From assembly GCA_002366835.1 (NCBI GenBank), contig DFBZ01000038.1, forward strand, positions 107,333-171,332: DNA of 64,000 bases, written 5' to 3'. This DNA is from Gammaproteobacteria bacterium UBA3067 (GTDB taxonomy: Bacteria; Pseudomonadota; Gammaproteobacteria; Pseudomonadales; UBA3067). Each line of letters opens with the position of its first letter. The first letter of the stretch is position 1. The translations under genes and the position numbers were made by a program. The notes beneath the pieces were generated by a model. It saw only the letters and a program-made list of their open reading frames with translations, was not told the DNA's origin and made no database searches. Positions 28,366 through 38,992 of this stretch are shown here, piece by piece.

Positions 28366-29277
28366 TTGATTACTCGGGCAATAGAGGAAGCCAGCAAGGT
28401 TATCTTGGGCAAGGACCATCAAATACGCCTGGCGATGGTATGCCTTTTAGCACGAGGTAATCTGCTTATCGAAGACTTGCCAGGAATGGGGAAAACAACC
28501 TTATCTCAGGTTTTGGCACAGGTTTTCGGTCTAAGCTATAAGAGAATCCAGTTCACTAGCGATTTATTGCCGGCCGATATCCTGGGTGTTTCAGTTTTCG
28601 ATAAAGACAGCGGTGACTTTACGTTTAAAGCTGGACCAATCTTTGCTCAATTGATATTGGCCGATGAAATAAACAGGGCCAGCCCAAAAACTCAGAGTGC
28701 TTTGCTTGAGGCAATGGAGGAAAGGCAAGTGACTGTCGAAGGCAACACTCGCTCGTTACCCGAGCTGTTTTTTGTCATTGCTACACAGAACCCATCTTCC
28801 CAAATGGGAACTTATCCCTTGCCTGAATCCCAACTAGATCGATTCTTGATGCGCATTCATCTCGGTTATCCGCCGGCAGAGGCGGAAAAAATTATGTTGA
28901 TGGGGGGGCAGGGAGCCGTTTCAGCAAAGGATATTAATACGATAATAGGGCCTTCTGATTTGGCTCAGCTTCAGTCACAAGTGGCTCAGGTGCATTTATC
29001 TGAGGCAGTTGTTGATTATATTCTAAGGCTGGTGCATTTCACTCGGCAGCGAGGGCATTTTCTCTGCGGTGTATCACCTCGCGGCTCTTCGGCTCTTGCC
29101 AGAAGTGCGCAAGCCTGGGCCTTGATTGATGGGCGTGATTTCGTTCTGCCAGAGGATGTTCAGGCAGTTTTGCCCGCAGTGATGGACCACCGCGTACAGA
29201 TAAGCTCTGCTCAATTTGGCAGAAGCAACGACAAGGCGAGTGAGCTGCTGCTTTCACGAGTATCTATAGCTGGGTAG
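28366..29277 (+). CDS. MoxR-family AAA+ ATPase
   Basis: It has Walker A LPGMGKTT and Walker B LILADEINRA, is 303 aa long and has a TTG start in the ORF track. Confidence 0.9.
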   Translation: MITRAIEEASKVILGKDHQIRLAMVCLLARGNLLIEDLPGMGKTTLSQVLAQVFGLSYKRIQFTSDLLPADILGVSVFDKDSGDFTFKAGPIFAQLILADEINRASPKTQSALLEAMEERQVTVEGNTRSLPELFFVIATQNPSSQMGTYPLPESQLDRFLMRIHLGYPPAEAEKIMLMGGQGAVSAKDINTIIGPSDLAQLQSQVAQVHLSEAVVDYILRLVHFTRQRGHFLCGVSPRGSSALARSAQAWALIDGRDFVLPEDVQAVLPAVMDHRVQISSAQFGRSNDKASELLLSRVSIAG

Positions 29278-29284
29278 ATACTCT

Positions 29285-30286
29285 ATGAATATCCCGTTTT
29301 TACCCAAATCACTTATACCTGGTTGTTTAGAAGCGTTAATACGTAAGCGCGTTGGCTTTTGGCTTGAAAAGCGCATTCCTCCTTCTGACCAAGTGGTTCT
29401 TGATCATAGACGAATCTTTATTTTTCCAACATTTAATGGGCTGATGTTTTTGGGTGTAGTCGCCATCTTGTTTTTGGCAGGCATCAACTACGAAAATAAT
29501 CTCATAATGGCCTTATGTTTTTTATTAGCGGGCCTATTTTTAAACGGCATTTTTGCTACTTACCGGAATTTGTCGGGTTTGTGCTTAGAAAGCGCCGGTG
29601 CTGCTCCGGTCTGCACAGGGGAGTCAATCAGCTTCTGTTTGAAAATAAGCAGCGCGAACTGTTCCACGGGCCAATCTCTCCAGCTTAAAATTCCTCGGCA
29701 GGATAGCGTAATGGGTTCTCTCAATTTAGAGGGCCAATCGCTTGTATCGCTTCCGTTTGTCACCCAGCAGCGGGGTTGGTGCAAGCCGGGTCGTTTTCAC
29801 CTTCAAACGTATTATCCTCTTGGTTTAATACGATCGTGGTCCTGGGTTGATTTGCAGCTGGCTTGCCTTGTGTATCCCCAACCCACTTTTTGCCCGAAAC
29901 AAAACAGCAGCGAAGAAGGTTTGGGTTATGAGGAAAGTGGCTTGCAAGAGGGCGTGGAGGATTTTGCAGAATTACGAAACTATCGTCTAGGTGATTCGCC
30001 TAAGCATGTCGACTGGAAGGTCTTTGCCAAGGGCAGAGGTTTACACACTAAAACATATCAGGGGCATTCTGGAGACTCGCAATGGGTTGACTGGTTTAGC
30101 TGGCCCGCCATAAACCAAGAAAAACGCCTCTCCGCCATGACCTATTGGATTATAAGGCATGCTAAAAAACAGGAGACCTTTGGTTTAAGGCTGCCCAATG
30201 GTGAAATTCCGCCTGGCTGTGGAGAAGCCCATGTATTTCGTGCTTTGAAGACAGTGGCATTGTTTGGGCTTATAAACGATGAATAA
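29285..30286 (+). CDS. DUF58 domain-containing protein (MoxR partner)
   Basis: It has two N-terminal TM helices and the DUF58 signature-like FAELRNYRLGDSPKHVDWKVFAKGRGLHTK. It starts 7 nt after the moxR stop. Confidence 0.85.
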   Translation: MNIPFLPKSLIPGCLEALIRKRVGFWLEKRIPPSDQVVLDHRRIFIFPTFNGLMFLGVVAILFLAGINYENNLIMALCFLLAGLFLNGIFATYRNLSGLCLESAGAAPVCTGESISFCLKISSANCSTGQSLQLKIPRQDSVMGSLNLEGQSLVSLPFVTQQRGWCKPGRFHLQTYYPLGLIRSWSWVDLQLACLVYPQPTFCPKQNSSEEGLGYEESGLQEGVEDFAELRNYRLGDSPKHVDWKVFAKGRGLHTKTYQGHSGDSQWVDWFSWPAINQEKRLSAMTYWIIRHAKKQETFGLRLPNGEIPPGCGEAHVFRALKTVALFGLINDE

Positions 30287-32342
30287 GCCAGTTATTGATG
30301 GGCTTCCAAGGAATATCATCGTCTTCTTAGTTATTTCTCATCTTGTGGTGGTGTTTCCTCATTTCTCCACCCATTCTTTTTGGGTGCTATCTCTTGTTTC
30401 GCTTTGCCTGGTTTGGCGAATCGGTTCCAGTCGGCGTAACTGGCCTCTACCGACGAAGGGCGTCCGGTTTGTGCTGGTGGTTCTTGGTTTTGCCGCAGTG
30501 TACCGAGCTTATGGAACAGTGATTGGCCCCTTGGCCGGAGTGGCTCTACTGATTCTTGCCTATACCTTTAAGTTACTTGAGGCGAAAAGTAAGCGCGATG
30601 CTTATACCGTGGTGACTCTAAGTTACTTTGTGGTCGCCACTGCTTTTTTGTTCGACCAGGCTTTTAGCAAAGCCTTATATTTATTGTTTAGTTGCGTGGT
30701 TATCAGTGCCGCGCTTATATCAATTAATCAACCTTCGTTGCAGTGGAAACATCATTATAAAAATGCGGTTCTTCTGGTATTGAAGAGCTTACCTATAATG
30801 GTCATTCTTTTTTTGTTTGTTCCACGAGTTGAATCGTTTTGGAGTATTCAATTTGATAATCATCAGGCAAAGGTGGGCTTGAGTGATGAAATGTCGCCGG
30901 GAGATATTGCCCGCTTGGGGGAAAATGACAGCGTCGCGTTTCGAGCAAAATTCGAAAAGGAGCCTCCCCCACCTGCCGACCGCTATTGGCGGGCTATGGT
31001 TTTGGAAGATTTTGACGGCAAACGCTGGCGACGCAGGGACGGTCGGCAGAGTTGGGGCCCGTTATTACAGTCCGACCAAGACGCGGCTAAGGAATTTTGG
31101 ACCGCATATAAAACTTGGTTTTCTTTAAATAAGACCCGTCAACAAGGCAATTATTACCGTTACGATGTTGTTATGGAGCCGAGTGACAAACCCTGGCTCT
31201 TTGCCCTAGATTGGGCCAAGCCCCTAACCGGCGGCATTGATATGAAAAACGGCTTTGCCCTCAACGCCGAAAAACCAATAAGGGAGCCCTTTGTTTATAA
31301 GGTGGAATCCCTTGATTTGACGGGTGTAAGACAAGCCCCTAACTGGATGAGCAGAGAATTCCGGCGGGATATAAATTTACAACTCCCCACCTCTGGAAAT
31401 AAACGTGCCAGACAGTGGGCGCTTGAGCTAAGAGAAAAAGCCGGCTCTGATAAGGCCTTTATCGCACAAGTGCTTTCGCATTTTAGAGAGAAGCCGTTTT
31501 ACTACACTTTAAAACCTCCTCTTCTAGGGAAAGACAGTGTTGATCAGTTTCTATTTTCTACCCGGCGAGGCTTCTGTGCACATTATGCCAGTACATTCAC
31601 CTTCTTGGCGCGTAGCGCTGGTATCCCTGCCAGGGTGGTGACTGGTTACCAAGGTGGCGAGCAAAGTAGCCTTGATAACTATTTGCTGGTGTATCAATTC
31701 GATGCACATGCCTGGTCTGAGGTTTGGCTGCCTGAGCAAGGGTGGGTAAGGGTCGATCCCACTGCCGCAGTTTCACCCACGCGCATTGAGAAAGGCATAG
31801 AAAATGCACTAGGGAGCTCAAGCAGCTTTTTGGCTCAAAGGCCGCTATCCCTGCTTCGGTATAGGGATGTGCCTGCTCTTAGCCGACTTCGCCACAGTAT
31901 GGATTACCTGCGTATGCTGTGGATTCAAAAAGTGGTGGGTTACGATGGCGACCTCCAGACGGACCTGTTTCGTAAGCTATTTGGTTCTTCAGACCTCAAA
32001 ACCGTAGTATTTGTTCTTGTGGGGAGTTTAATCGGCGCTATCTTGCTGATATTCCTCGTGGAACTCTACGCTAACCGGCCACCCCGGGCGTCACCTGAGC
32101 AGCGCATTTATCTCCGGTTTTGCAGAAAACTATCAAAACGCGGATATGAAAAAGGATTCTGCGAGGGAGAAACTGCGTTTGCCCAACGGGTCTCCTCCTC
32201 TTCCCCTGAGCTAGCCGAGCACGTACTTCGTATTACGGCCCTTTATATACAGATAAAATATCGCCCAGCTGGCCTGGTGAAAAATGGGAATAACCTCCTA
32301 GTAAGGGACCTGCGCAAGCAGGTAAGACGGCTATCTGTTTAG
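30279..32342 (+). CDS. TgpA-type membrane transglutaminase (DUF3488 N-terminal membrane domain plus transglutaminase core)
   Basis: It has multiple N-terminal TM helices, the core motifs RRGFCAHYASTFTFLARSAGIPARVVTGY, DAHAWSEVW and VRVDPT, and a C-terminal TM helix. Its start overlaps the DUF58 stop by 8 nt. Confidence 0.88.
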   Translation: MNKPVIDGLPRNIIVFLVISHLVVVFPHFSTHSFWVLSLVSLCLVWRIGSSRRNWPLPTKGVRFVLVVLGFAAVYRAYGTVIGPLAGVALLILAYTFKLLEAKSKRDAYTVVTLSYFVVATAFLFDQAFSKALYLLFSCVVISAALISINQPSLQWKHHYKNAVLLVLKSLPIMVILFLFVPRVESFWSIQFDNHQAKVGLSDEMSPGDIARLGENDSVAFRAKFEKEPPPPADRYWRAMVLEDFDGKRWRRRDGRQSWGPLLQSDQDAAKEFWTAYKTWFSLNKTRQQGNYYRYDVVMEPSDKPWLFALDWAKPLTGGIDMKNGFALNAEKPIREPFVYKVESLDLTGVRQAPNWMSREFRRDINLQLPTSGNKRARQWALELREKAGSDKAFIAQVLSHFREKPFYYTLKPPLLGKDSVDQFLFSTRRGFCAHYASTFTFLARSAGIPARVVTGYQGGEQSSLDNYLLVYQFDAHAWSEVWLPEQGWVRVDPTAAVSPTRIEKGIENALGSSSSFLAQRPLSLLRYRDVPALSRLRHSMDYLRMLWIQKVVGYDGDLQTDLFRKLFGSSDLKTVVFVLVGSLIGAILLIFLVELYANRPPRASPEQRIYLRFCRKLSKRGYEKGFCEGETAFAQRVSSSSPELAEHVLRITALYIQIKYRPAGLVKNGNNLLVRDLRKQVRRLSV

Positions 32343-32682
32343 AAAGCGAGTGCGCAGGTATATTTCCGCGAGGCCCGCTCGATGCTCTGAACCTAAGGCG
32401 TAACTCTCAGTGGAACAATCTCCATCGATTGAGTATGATTACCCTGCACTCATGCTCTTCCAAGCTTCCAGGAGGGAGGTTGGAAGCTCTGATTGCTACG
32501 AGCATTTATAGCTTTGAGTGACGATAAATCCCACAATAAACAGTGATTATGAGACTTTTTTGTTGCCGATAATGTTGTTTTTTAATAAACGGAAAGTGCG
32601 TCATTAGGCTCTCATCGCTTGAGCGCTTTCAGGTTGTTATTTTAGTAAAATAAAGGTCTCACCAAGTTAAAGGAGCAGTGAA

Positions 32683-33114
32683 ATGGCACTACCAGAAGAT
32701 TCTGATAATGTTGAAAATGATACCAATGTGTTAAGCAGCATTAACCCAGCACTTGCAGCTAATTCATCTACCAGCCGAGCAGTGGATCAACCAGATGAAA
32801 CTGAAGAAAGTCGTCGACCATGGGGCTTTTTACTGGCCGCAGTCGTTATTTCAGTATTCGCCACATACATGGCAATGATGACAATGGTTGTCGCTCCTCT
32901 TGAGGATACCATTGCCTATGAGCGGGCACAGAAAGTCTCTTACATCACTTCTAACCAACTCGATTTTAATACCTTCGAACCACGTATTCGTGAATTGGAA
33001 GCATCTAATGCAGCGAAGTCGAGGAAAGAAGCGGTGTTAATTCAGACGATAGATCAACTAAGCAGTGAGCTCGAGAAGCTTGTTGCGCCGTTTGAAGACG
33101 TGGCGCCTGAATAG
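32683..33114 (+). CDS. Hypothetical single-pass membrane protein
   Basis: A strong SD (AAAGGAG) precedes the ATG. The protein has an acidic N-terminus, one TM helix (WGFLLAAVVISVFATYMAMMTMVV) and a C-terminal coiled-coil-like segment. Confidence 0.6.
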   Translation: MALPEDSDNVENDTNVLSSINPALAANSSTSRAVDQPDETEESRRPWGFLLAAVVISVFATYMAMMTMVVAPLEDTIAYERAQKVSYITSNQLDFNTFEPRIRELEASNAAKSRKEAVLIQTIDQLSSELEKLVAPFEDVAPE

Positions 33115-33720
33115 GGGCGTTATAGATTTAGTTGTCAAGCGACCACCCCTCTAATATGTTTTAAAAATCAGGTATGGAGTGGTCGCTATTTCGTCAAAAG
33201 AAGGCCAGTTGCCGTTGTTAGATATAATGAATGCGCACTTGAATTTGCAGTTTTGCAATGTGCTAAGAGTACTTTTCACCGGCACCTTAATTCGTTGTTT
33301 CTGTGTTAATATACGGACAAACGGATAAAAATTGTTTACGTCGTTTTTGTTTTCTTTTAACGGCTTTATTAAGCCAATTACAATTGCCCTTCAACTGCCT
33401 AGATCTTCTTGGCAACCTTCATGTCATTGAGCGTTATCAATTGCTCCCATATGAGCATTATTTCAAAAAACTTTCTTTTGTAAAGCGCCTAGGTGTTCCC
33501 ATCGAAAAGGGGGCAACTGTCTCTGCCAATGTAGTTTTAATGTTACGAATGTTAAGGCGTAAATCTGTGCTTTGTTTATATCGTATATGCTTATTAGACA
33601 CCGACAGTTTTGCCCTGAGAATAGCGCCGACCTATGCAACAGTCGCTAACTCTTCAGATAGGGCTTGTTTGATTGCCCCAAATAAAAAATCCAATTAGTT
33701 TATTAAACTGTGAATGACGA

Positions 33721-35901
33721 ATGATTCGAAAGCTATCCAAATGGTATTTTTCCCTGCTTGAAATTGGCATTAGGGATGATGGGACAGAAAAATCAAAGCA
33801 GCAGCTTCGCTTGATCAATCAAATGACCTTAACAATGGTCACAATCGCTGTTCCTTTCGTCACTTATTTCTGGGTTACCGGCGTGTACTATCATGCGTTT
33901 GTTTTTACGGGGGGGGTCTTTAGCGCGCTATTAATTTTATTTATAACTTGGCGTTACAATAACGGTGAGCTCAGCGCGCACCTGCTTCTTTCCGTGCTAT
34001 GCATAATATTTTTTATAACAAATCTTCGGACCGGCGGGTTTAATTACCCACATTTTAGCTGGACATATGTGGTTCCTATTGTTGCAGGGTTATTGCTGGG
34101 CCGAGGGGGGATGCTTTTTTATCTGTTAATACAGACAGGCATAACTCTCGCGTTCTATTTTATGTGGCAAGTAGGGATAGATCTGCCTAATTTGATTCCG
34201 GTTGAACATCAGGCGCTTCTCGCCGTATTAAACCGCGTTACCGTCGTTGCAACATTATCTTTTATTGTCCTGGGTTTTGTTTTAGAGCGTGAGCACACGG
34301 AAAAGCAGCTGGTCAAAGCTAAATCCGATGCGGAAGCAGGTAGCAAGGCTAAAAGTGAGTTTTTAGCCACAATGAGCCATGAAATTAGGACGCCACTGAA
34401 TGGTGTTTTAGGGATGGCTGAGCTGATGAATACAACGGAGCTCAGTCAGGATCAGGCGCGTTTTCTAAATAGTATTCGCAGCTCAAGTCGATCATTGTTG
34501 TCAGTCCTGAATGATGTGCTCGATTATTCAAAAATTGAAGCTGGCAGGATGGATATTGAGAAAACCAAGTTTAATATCGCTCAGCTTGTTAGCGAAGCGG
34601 TTTCCATATTTGCCCTACGCTCTGCAGAATCGGGTATCGAGTTAGTGGTATATATTGACCCAGCTCTTCCGGAGGATGCCATCGGTGATGTGACTCGCAT
34701 TAAACAAGTCATTATTAATCTTTTGGGCAATGCATTTAAGTTTACTGAAGAGGGAGAGGTTCAACTCCTGGTGATGGGCGAATCAAAAGAGTCAGGCTTA
34801 TTCGATATTAAATTTGAGGTGATAGACTCTGGCATTGGTATATCTCCAGAGAAACAAGTGCATTTATTTGATTCATTTTCCCAGGCAGATGCGAGTACAA
34901 CCAGAAGATATGGAGGTAGTGGACTGGGGTTAGCGATTTGCCGTCGTTTGGTTTTGTTGATGGGTGGGGATATCGGTGTTAACAGTGCAGAAGGAATGGG
35001 GGCGGCATTTTGGTTTACAGTTCCAGTTGGTGCGCTTTCCTCTTCAGAAGATAATGCATATGAACCCTCACTTGAGGGCATGCAGATTATCGTAGCAGAC
35101 ACCTCTTCAGTTAGAAGTAATCTGCTCCAAAAAGCGTTGCGCTCTTTTGGCGTGGGAGTAGATATCGTTCGTACATTTGAAGGCATTAAAACCAAGCTTC
35201 AGAATAAAAGCGGACAAAAAAGCTATGACGCCATTCTTATGGATGCCAAGTTCTCTGGGGGCGTGGGGCCTCGATTGCTCAATGAGTTAGCTTCCGACAA
35301 AGCAGCGGTAGCTTGTAAATTTATATTGCTAGATGATTTGACTGCTTTGCAGCCGGCCAAGAATAAAAGTTTTGAAAATATCGATTTTATTATAGAAAAA
35401 CCATTGTTGGTACATGATCTTCTGCCGCTACTATCAAAAAAACGCAATAAAGACAGTGTATTTCAACGAACTAATTTTTCTGAAAATAAAAAATTTACTG
35501 ACTTTAAAGTATTAATTGTAGAGGATAACGAAGTAAACCAGGCGGTTATAGTAGGGATTCTTGATGTACTGCATGTGAGTTTTGAGTTGGTGGAAAATGG
35601 CCAGGAGGCAATAGACTGGCTGGAGAACAATCCCCGTTCTTGTGATTTGGTTCTAATGGATTGCGAAATGCCCGTTCTGGACGGAATAGAGGCTACTAGG
35701 CAGATTCGTGCTAATCAGTTTATGGATAAAAAAGGTAAACCTCTGCCCATCATTGCACTAAGTGCCCATGCGCTTGAGTCAAAAAAAATGGAGTCTTACG
35801 AGGCTGGAATGAATTATTTTCTTACAAAGCCGGTAGATGTCGAGGACGTTGCCAAGGTCATCACGGTTGTATCCAAGGGTGAATTAGACTTGCTCGGTTA
35901 A
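33721..35901 (+). CDS. Hybrid sensor histidine kinase/response regulator
   Basis: It has a multi-TM N-terminal region, the HisKA H-box FLATMSHEIRTPLNGV, an HATPase_c domain (GSGLGLAICRRL), an internal receiver-like segment and a C-terminal canonical receiver (VLIVEDNEVN...LVLMDCEMPVLDG...K). Confidence 0.9.
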   Translation: MIRKLSKWYFSLLEIGIRDDGTEKSKQQLRLINQMTLTMVTIAVPFVTYFWVTGVYYHAFVFTGGVFSALLILFITWRYNNGELSAHLLLSVLCIIFFITNLRTGGFNYPHFSWTYVVPIVAGLLLGRGGMLFYLLIQTGITLAFYFMWQVGIDLPNLIPVEHQALLAVLNRVTVVATLSFIVLGFVLEREHTEKQLVKAKSDAEAGSKAKSEFLATMSHEIRTPLNGVLGMAELMNTTELSQDQARFLNSIRSSSRSLLSVLNDVLDYSKIEAGRMDIEKTKFNIAQLVSEAVSIFALRSAESGIELVVYIDPALPEDAIGDVTRIKQVIINLLGNAFKFTEEGEVQLLVMGESKESGLFDIKFEVIDSGIGISPEKQVHLFDSFSQADASTTRRYGGSGLGLAICRRLVLLMGGDIGVNSAEGMGAAFWFTVPVGALSSSEDNAYEPSLEGMQIIVADTSSVRSNLLQKALRSFGVGVDIVRTFEGIKTKLQNKSGQKSYDAILMDAKFSGGVGPRLLNELASDKAAVACKFILLDDLTALQPAKNKSFENIDFIIEKPLLVHDLLPLLSKKRNKDSVFQRTNFSENKKFTDFKVLIVEDNEVNQAVIVGILDVLHVSFELVENGQEAIDWLENNPRSCDLVLMDCEMPVLDGIEATRQIRANQFMDKKGKPLPIIALSAHALESKKMESYEAGMNYFLTKPVDVEDVAKVITVVSKGELDLLG

Positions 35902-36130
35902 ACCTAGAAACCTCAGTTGGATCACGAAAGTCTGTACAGGCTCTTGACGCACCTAGAAAATTTTAAAAAGTTCACATCTCCAGCCGTATACGGCGCTTAC
36001 GCCCAATAAGGTGCCCACGAATTTTTAAAATTCCCTATGCACGCCAATATCTCGCCTAAGAGCGCCTACTGTCGGTGCAGATCTTTTTCGCGCCTTTATG
36101 CCCTCGGGGTGCAACTGAGGTTTCTAGGTT
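35901..36130. repeat. Hairpin/MITE-like element B: a perfect 19-bp terminal inverted repeat around a long imperfect palindrome
   Basis: aacctagaaacctcagttg (35901-35919) is the exact reverse complement of caactgaggtttctaggtt (36112-36130). The interior is itself an imperfect inverted repeat centred on the palindrome gccgtatacggc. Its motifs are shared with element A. Confidence 0.85.
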
Positions 36131-36179
36131 AAAATACAGCACGAGGGCCTCGGTGCTCTCATGCTGCTCACTTAAACAT

Positions 36180-38249
36180 TTATTGAATTCGCATCCCCGG
36201 CTTTGCTCCTTCATCTGGATTTAATATCCATATTTCTTTTCCCCCAGGCCCTGCCGCAAGCACCATACCTTCAGAGATTCCAAAGCGCATTTTTCGAGGT
36301 TTGAGGTTGGCAACCATAACGGTTAATCGGCCCTCCAGCTCTTCGGCTTGATAGGCTGATTTAATGCCGGCAAATACATTGCGAGTTTTTTCCTCTCCAA
36401 TGTCGAGGGTGAGCTGCAGTAGTTTGTCTGCCTTTTCCACTGACTGTGCTTTTACAATGCGTGCAACCCGAAGATCCACTTTGCTAAAATCGTTGAACTC
36501 GATTTCATCAGCAATGGCTTCTTGTGAGGCATTATTTACGCTTTCTGCTGCGGTGGCCTTTGCTGGTGTTACGTTACTTTGGCTTTCTGCTTTTGATTCA
36601 GCAATCATCGCGTCAATTTTTTCTTGCTCTATTCGGGTCATCAGAGGTTTGAATTTGTTAATTTGATGACTGGTGAGAAGAGTGTCTTTATCATTCCAGC
36701 TTAGTGCTTCGATATTCAAAAAAGCTTCACTTTTTTCTGCCAGTGTCGGAAGCACTGGCTTTAGATAAAGAACAAGCAGACGATAAAGGTTTATAGCGGT
36801 GGAGCAAATATCTTGTACTGCTTTTTCCTGGCCTTCCTCCTTCGCCAATACCCAGGGTTTTTTCTCATCGACGTATTGGTTTGCGATGTCTGCCAGGGAC
36901 ATGATCTCGCGGATCGCTTTGCCAAATTCGCGATCTTCGTAGTAGCCTGCAATATCACCTGCTGCGTTTTGGAATGTCGCGATTAGCTCGCCTTCGGTGA
37001 CCTCGGAAGAAAGCTGCCCATCAAATTTTTTGTAGATAAAACCTGCGCTGCGGCTGGCAATATTAACGAGCTTACCGACTAGATCAGAATTCACCCTTTG
37101 GCTGAAGTCTTCAAAATTGAGATCTAAATCGTTAACGCGCTTATTTAATTTCGCCGCAAAATAATAACGCAGGTATTCGGGATCGAGGTGATTGAGGTAG
37201 GTGCTGGCCTTAATAAAAGTACCTCTGGACTTGGACATTTTTTCGCCATTCACGGTGAGAAAACCGTGGACGAAAATTCCACTGGGTGTGCGCAAGTCTG
37301 CACCGCTTAGCAGTGCTGGCCAAAATAGTGCATGGAAGTTTACGATATCCTTGCCAATAAAGTGATACAGCTCTGCTGTGCTGTCCTTTCCCCAGTAGCT
37401 GTCAAAGTCAAGGTCATCGCGACGTTCGCAGAGGTTTTTAAAACTAGCCATGTAGCCGATGGGGGCGTCGAGCCAGACGTAAAAATATTTACCAGGTGCT
37501 TCGGGGATTTCGAATCCAAAGTAGGGCGCATCACGACTGATATCCCAGGGTTTTAAGCCTGCCTCAAACCATTCGCTTAGCTTATTGGCTACTTCTTCTT
37601 GGAGATGACCAGCTCGGATCCACTCTGCAAGCATGTCTTGGAAGTTGGGTAGGTTGAAAAAGTAATGCTCGGATTCTTTTTCAACCGGTGTTGCCCCTGA
37701 AATGGTGGAGTGCGGGTTTTTGAGTTCGTGCGCATCATAGGTGGCGCTACATACTTCGCAGTTGTCTCCGTATTGGTCTTCGGCTCCACATTTGGGGCAG
37801 CCCCCTTTAACGAAGCGATCCGCAAGGAATAATTCTTTTTCAGGATCAAAAAGCTGAGAAATATTGCGCGTGGTGATGTGCCCTTTCGCGCGGTTTTTTA
37901 GATAGATGTATGAAGAAATCTCCCTGTTTTCTTCGGAGTGGGTGCTGTAGTAGTTGTCAAATGCGATATTGAAGCGCCGAAAGTCCTCTTGGTGTTCTTG
38001 GTTGACATCATTGATGAGGGCTTCAGGTGTGATGCCCATTTGTTCGGCCTTAAGCATAATGGCCGTGCCGTGGGTGTCATCTGCACAAACGTAAGTGCAC
38101 AACTCGCCGCGCATTTTCTGAAATCGCACCCAGATATCCGTTTGAATGTACTCGAGCAGGTGCCCCATATGAATAGAGCCATTGGCATAAGGCAGGGCGG
38201 ATGTTACGAGGATTTTTCTCGGGGTGTTGTTTTGCGTTACGTCGGTCAT
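36180..38249 (-). CDS. metG: Methionine--tRNA ligase
   Basis: It has the HIGH-type motif HMGH, KMSKS, a Zn knuckle [17 protein letters not shown] and a C-terminal tRNA-binding domain. I prefer the ATG at 38249 over the TTG at 38297. Confidence 0.95.
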   Translation of the reverse strand: MTDVTQNNTPRKILVTSALPYANGSIHMGHLLEYIQTDIWVRFQKMRGELCTYVCADDTHGTAIMLKAEQMGITPEALINDVNQEHQEDFRRFNIAFDNYYSTHSEENREISSYIYLKNRAKGHITTRNISQLFDPEKELFLADRFVKGGCPKCGAEDQYGDNCEVCSATYDAHELKNPHSTISGATPVEKESEHYFFNLPNFQDMLAEWIRAGHLQEEVANKLSEWFEAGLKPWDISRDAPYFGFEIPEAPGKYFYVWLDAPIGYMASFKNLCERRDDLDFDSYWGKDSTAELYHFIGKDIVNFHALFWPALLSGADLRTPSGIFVHGFLTVNGEKMSKSRGTFIKASTYLNHLDPEYLRYYFAAKLNKRVNDLDLNFEDFSQRVNSDLVGKLVNIASRSAGFIYKKFDGQLSSEVTEGELIATFQNAAGDIAGYYEDREFGKAIREIMSLADIANQYVDEKKPWVLAKEEGQEKAVQDICSTAINLYRLLVLYLKPVLPTLAEKSEAFLNIEALSWNDKDTLLTSHQINKFKPLMTRIEQEKIDAMIAESKAESQSNVTPAKATAAESVNNASQEAIADEIEFNDFSKVDLRVARIVKAQSVEKADKLLQLTLDIGEEKTRNVFAGIKSAYQAEELEGRLTVMVANLKPRKMRFGISEGMVLAAGPGGKEIWILNPDEGAKPGMRIQ

Positions 38250-38390
38250 TTTATTGGTCACAGCAGTGTTTGAGGCTTGTTTCGGAAAGGGCGTCAAATA
38301 TAACGAGACGAGACGAGTAAAACAATTTTTTCTGGCTCTTTAAAAGGTGTATCATGCTGCGTTTTGCATCATTGACAGGGCATTATCGGA

Positions 38391-38957
38391 ATGAGTATTA
38401 AGTCAGATAAGTGGATTCGCCGTATGGCTCAAGACCAGGGCATGATTGAACCCTTCGAGCCCGGCCAGGTTCGATACAGTGGCGACGAACGCGTTATTTC
38501 CTACGGCACATCGAGTTATGGCTATGATGTGCGCTGTTCGAGAGAGTTTAAGGTGTTTACGAATATTAACTCGGTAACGGTTGATCCCAAAAACTTTGAT
38601 GAGTCGAGTTTTGTGGATGTTGTGGGGGATACCTGTGTTATTCCTCCTAACTCTTTCGCATTGGCGCGCACAGTAGAGTATTTTCGAATTCCCCGTAGTG
38701 TTTTGACTATTTGCCTGGGTAAATCTACCTATGCTCGATGCGGGATTATCGTCAATGTGACGCCTTTGGAGCCTGAGTGGGAAGGGCATGTCACACTGGA
38801 ATTTTCTAACACCACGAATCTGCCAGCGCGGATTTATGCCAATGAAGGTGTGGCACAGATGCTTTTCTTTGAGTCTGATGATGTATGCGAAACATCTTAT
38901 AAAGACCGTGGCGGAAAGTACCAGGGGCAGCAGGGGGTTACTTTACCCAAGGCCTAA
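38391..38957 (+). CDS. dcd: dCTP deaminase
   Basis: A 188-aa protein with [13 protein letters not shown]...GYDVR...GVAQMLF, typical of Dcd. Confidence 0.92.
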   Translation: MSIKSDKWIRRMAQDQGMIEPFEPGQVRYSGDERVISYGTSSYGYDVRCSREFKVFTNINSVTVDPKNFDESSFVDVVGDTCVIPPNSFALARTVEYFRIPRSVLTICLGKSTYARCGIIVNVTPLEPEWEGHVTLEFSNTTNLPARIYANEGVAQMLFFESDDVCETSYKDRGGKYQGQQGVTLPKA

Positions 38958-38992
38958 ACTTCTGAACTCATCGCTAGGCAGTCAGCAAGCGT

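Noticed and set aside
33303-33698. A 131-aa GTG-initiated ORF upstream of the histidine kinase
   Set aside because: It lies in AT-rich DNA, has a Leu/Cys/Arg-rich composition and no SD or recognisable domain. It most likely represents the kinase promoter or leader region.
34761-35195. A 144-aa minus-strand ORF inside the histidine kinase gene
   Set aside because: It is antisense to the HATPase/receiver-coding region, which has clear motifs.
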